DNA of 62,438 bases, counting the filler. It is 6 parts of 6 records of this genome, joined end to end, with 100 filler letters (N's around TTAATTAATTAA, not from the genome) between each part and the next. Parts side by side here need not be neighbours in the genome. Positions count along the whole stretch, not along the records: positions 53,963 to 62,438 come from SRR31147125_18853; 5 more parts are not named here. One strand, written 5' to 3'. The notes beneath the pieces were generated by a model. The model searched no databases and was not told where the DNA came from. It was given only the letters and a program-made list of their open reading frames with translations. How positions within the stretch are numbered: position 1 is the stretch's first letter; each line of letters opens with the position of its first letter. This document shows, piece after piece, positions 60,755 through 62,438 of this stretch. A program made the translations under genes and the position numbers.

Positions 60755-62101
60755 ATGAATAAAATTGAAATGATGAAACAAGAAAAAGTGCCTAAGGCTC
60801 TTTTAAAACTAGGATTGCCTGCAATTATCGGCATGTTAGTCAACGCAATTTACAACGTAGCCGACACATACTTTGTCAGTGGAATTTCCACCGAAGCCAT
60901 CGGTGGAGCATCTGTTGCTTTTCCATTAACAATGATTGTTGTAGGCGTAGGTGGAATATTTGGGCAAGGCGCAGCTTCTTATATATCTAGGCTACTCGGT
61001 CAAGATAATAAACAGGAAGCAAACAATACAGCAATGTCAGCTTATATCTATTCGCTGACATTGTCAGCCATACTTATGGCAATAGTATTTATTTTTATGC
61101 AACCAATACTGCGTGTTTTTGGCGCAACAGACAGCATTATGCCGTACGCTAAAAACTATACATGTATCTATATGATGGGTGCGCCGTTTGCGGTACTCAG
61201 TATTACACTTAATAACCTAGCAAGATCAGAAGGTGCTGCAAAAACTAGCATGATCGCTATGATGTGCGGTTCTCTACTAAACATTGCACTTGACCCAATT
61301 TTTATCTTCACATTAGGATTAGGAATAAGAGGGGCTGCTATTGCAACTGTTATTGCACAGATATTTACAACAATGTATCTGCAAATTTATTTTATAAGTA
61401 AAAAAAGTTATCTAAGCATATCTTTGCGCCAGCACCGCTTTGATAAAACAGCGACAATCGAAATGCTTAAAATCGGTATTCCAATATTTACTTTTCAACT
61501 TTTAACCAGTTTTGCAATTGGTCTTACTAATTACAAAGCAGCAACTTTTGGAGATGAAGCTATTGCAGCTATAGGTATCATTACAAAGCTAATGTCGATA
61601 GGTTTATACTTTGTATTTGGCTACACAAAAGGTTTTCAGACATTTGCAGGATACAACTATGGTGCCGGCAATATAGATCGTGTTAAAAAATCAATAAACT
61701 ATTCATTGATACTAACCACAGCATTCTGCATTTTGATATCTGTAGTATTTATAATATTTGCTAAACAAATCATCAGCCTATTTTCTGCGTCAAGCGATGT
61801 TATCCAAATCGGTTCAAGAGGGCTAATCATCAGCAGTATATTCTTTATAACGTTTGGTTTTCAAATGGTTTATGCTACATTGTTTTTAGCACTTGGCAAA
61901 GGTAGAGAAGGCGGTATATTAAGCATATTAAGGCAAGGAGTGTGTCTTATTCCAATTCTACTTCTACTTCCAAGCCTATTTGGTCTAGATGGTGTGCTGT
62001 TTGCTCAAGGCATAGCCGATATGCTAGCAACTGTAATTACAGGTATATTCGTCGTTATGTTTTATAGAGAAATAAAAGCAACCCAAACGGAAAATTCATA
62101 A
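60755..62101 (+). CDS. MATE family efflux transporter (MepA-like)
   Basis: PAIIGMLVNAIYNVADTYFV, NIALDPIFIF...GIRGAAIAT and GYNYGA, about 12 TM. Confidence 0.92.
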   Translation: MNKIEMMKQEKVPKALLKLGLPAIIGMLVNAIYNVADTYFVSGISTEAIGGASVAFPLTMIVVGVGGIFGQGAASYISRLLGQDNKQEANNTAMSAYIYSLTLSAILMAIVFIFMQPILRVFGATDSIMPYAKNYTCIYMMGAPFAVLSITLNNLARSEGAAKTSMIAMMCGSLLNIALDPIFIFTLGLGIRGAAIATVIAQIFTTMYLQIYFISKKSYLSISLRQHRFDKTATIEMLKIGIPIFTFQLLTSFAIGLTNYKAATFGDEAIAAIGIITKLMSIGLYFVFGYTKGFQTFAGYNYGAGNIDRVKKSINYSLILTTAFCILISVVFIIFAKQIISLFSASSDVIQIGSRGLIISSIFFITFGFQMVYATLFLALGKGREGGILSILRQGVCLIPILLLLPSLFGLDGVLFAQGIADMLATVITGIFVVMFYREIKATQTENS

Positions 62102-62113
62102 AGAAAAATAAAG

Positions 62114-62152
62114 AAAGCACTCAATAAATTATTTAGCTATTGAGTGCTTTTT
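62114..62152. terminator. Bidirectional terminator
   Basis: AAAGCACTCAATA...TATTGAGTGCTTT 13-bp stem between convergent genes. Confidence 0.8.
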
Positions 62153-62251
62153 ATTATATTTTTATTCTGATAGAAATATAATAGCACAATCCTATATCAA
62201 CGTTTAAAATCATACTACTATATAAAAACTTAAAAATATGGAAGATCACTT

Positions 62252-62438
62252 TTATCGCAACAGCTTAGCCATAACCACCAACCTGCCATCTTCCTCTGTT
62301 GTACAGGTTGAAAGCGTCAGAACAATGTCATCCTTATAAAAGTTCATAGAGGTCTTATAAATTGATCGTTTGTTGCATTCATCCAAAAAGTATAGCCACA
62401 TTTCATCATAAGGAAATTCTGTGTCGATATAATAAAAG
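62252..62438 (-). CDS. Class B sortase, C-terminal fragment (missing from ORF track)
   Basis: Manual translation FYYIDTEF...KRSIY...DDIVLTLSTCTTEEDGRLVVMAKLLR* shows the TLxTC catalytic motif and Arg. Frameshift in the A5 run at 62338-62342. Confidence 0.8.
   Translation of the reverse strand, partial: FYYIDTEFPYDEMWLYFLDECNKRSIYKTSMNFYKDDIVLTLSTCTTEEDGRLVVMAKLLR

Overview
This is not one genome. It is six unrelated bacterial contigs joined by artificial 100-nt spacers (44 N + TTAATTAATTAA + 44 N) at 6451-6550, 13561-13660, 22225-22324, 42728-42827 and 53863-53962. Taxon labels are inferred from gene content and style. (1) 1-6450, probably a spirochaete: guaB-guaA, a small di-heme cytochrome b-like gene, AEC and MFS transporters, trmH and a nitroreductase. 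(2) 6551-13560, Bacteroidetes-like heavy-metal efflux locus: Fur-family regulator, DUF6660-type Cys-rich protein, CzcA/CusA fused to an outer-membrane efflux domain, an adaptor and a P-II protein. (3) 13661-22224, Desulfobacterota-like: rpoH, a DegT aminotransferase, a large TPR plus beta-barrel protein, greA, a FadR(YsiA)-like TetR with its box, and purD. (4) 22325-42727, AT-rich diderm accessory island: beta-helix proteins, GH123/DUF4091-like and GH27 hydrolases, a beta-propeller phytase, a TonB-dependent receptor, an Asp-box lipoprotein, an FG-GAP/DUF4091 protein and a sulfatase. (5) 42828-53862, probably a spirochaete: lptB-rpoN-hpf, a GldA/F/G-like ABC system with DUF4340, an acyl-CoA ligase and ccdA. 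(6) 53963-62438, clostridia-like: speA-speB-CASDH-nspC polyamine operon, MarR-MATE and a sortase B fragment. There are nine single-base frameshifts, eight of them in homopolymers, most likely sequencing errors. The best leads are three. First, three promoters in contig 4 share one Pho-box-like architecture (TTAAT repeats 11 bp apart, 10 nt before a -10 hexamer), linking phytate uptake to glycan-degrading genes. Second, the DUF6660 gene may be a metal-sensing arrest peptide upstream of czcA. Third, an internal signal-peptide-like linker suggests the CzcA-TolC fusion is a cleaved polyprotein. No CRISPR array, rRNA, tRNA or intact transposase was seen.
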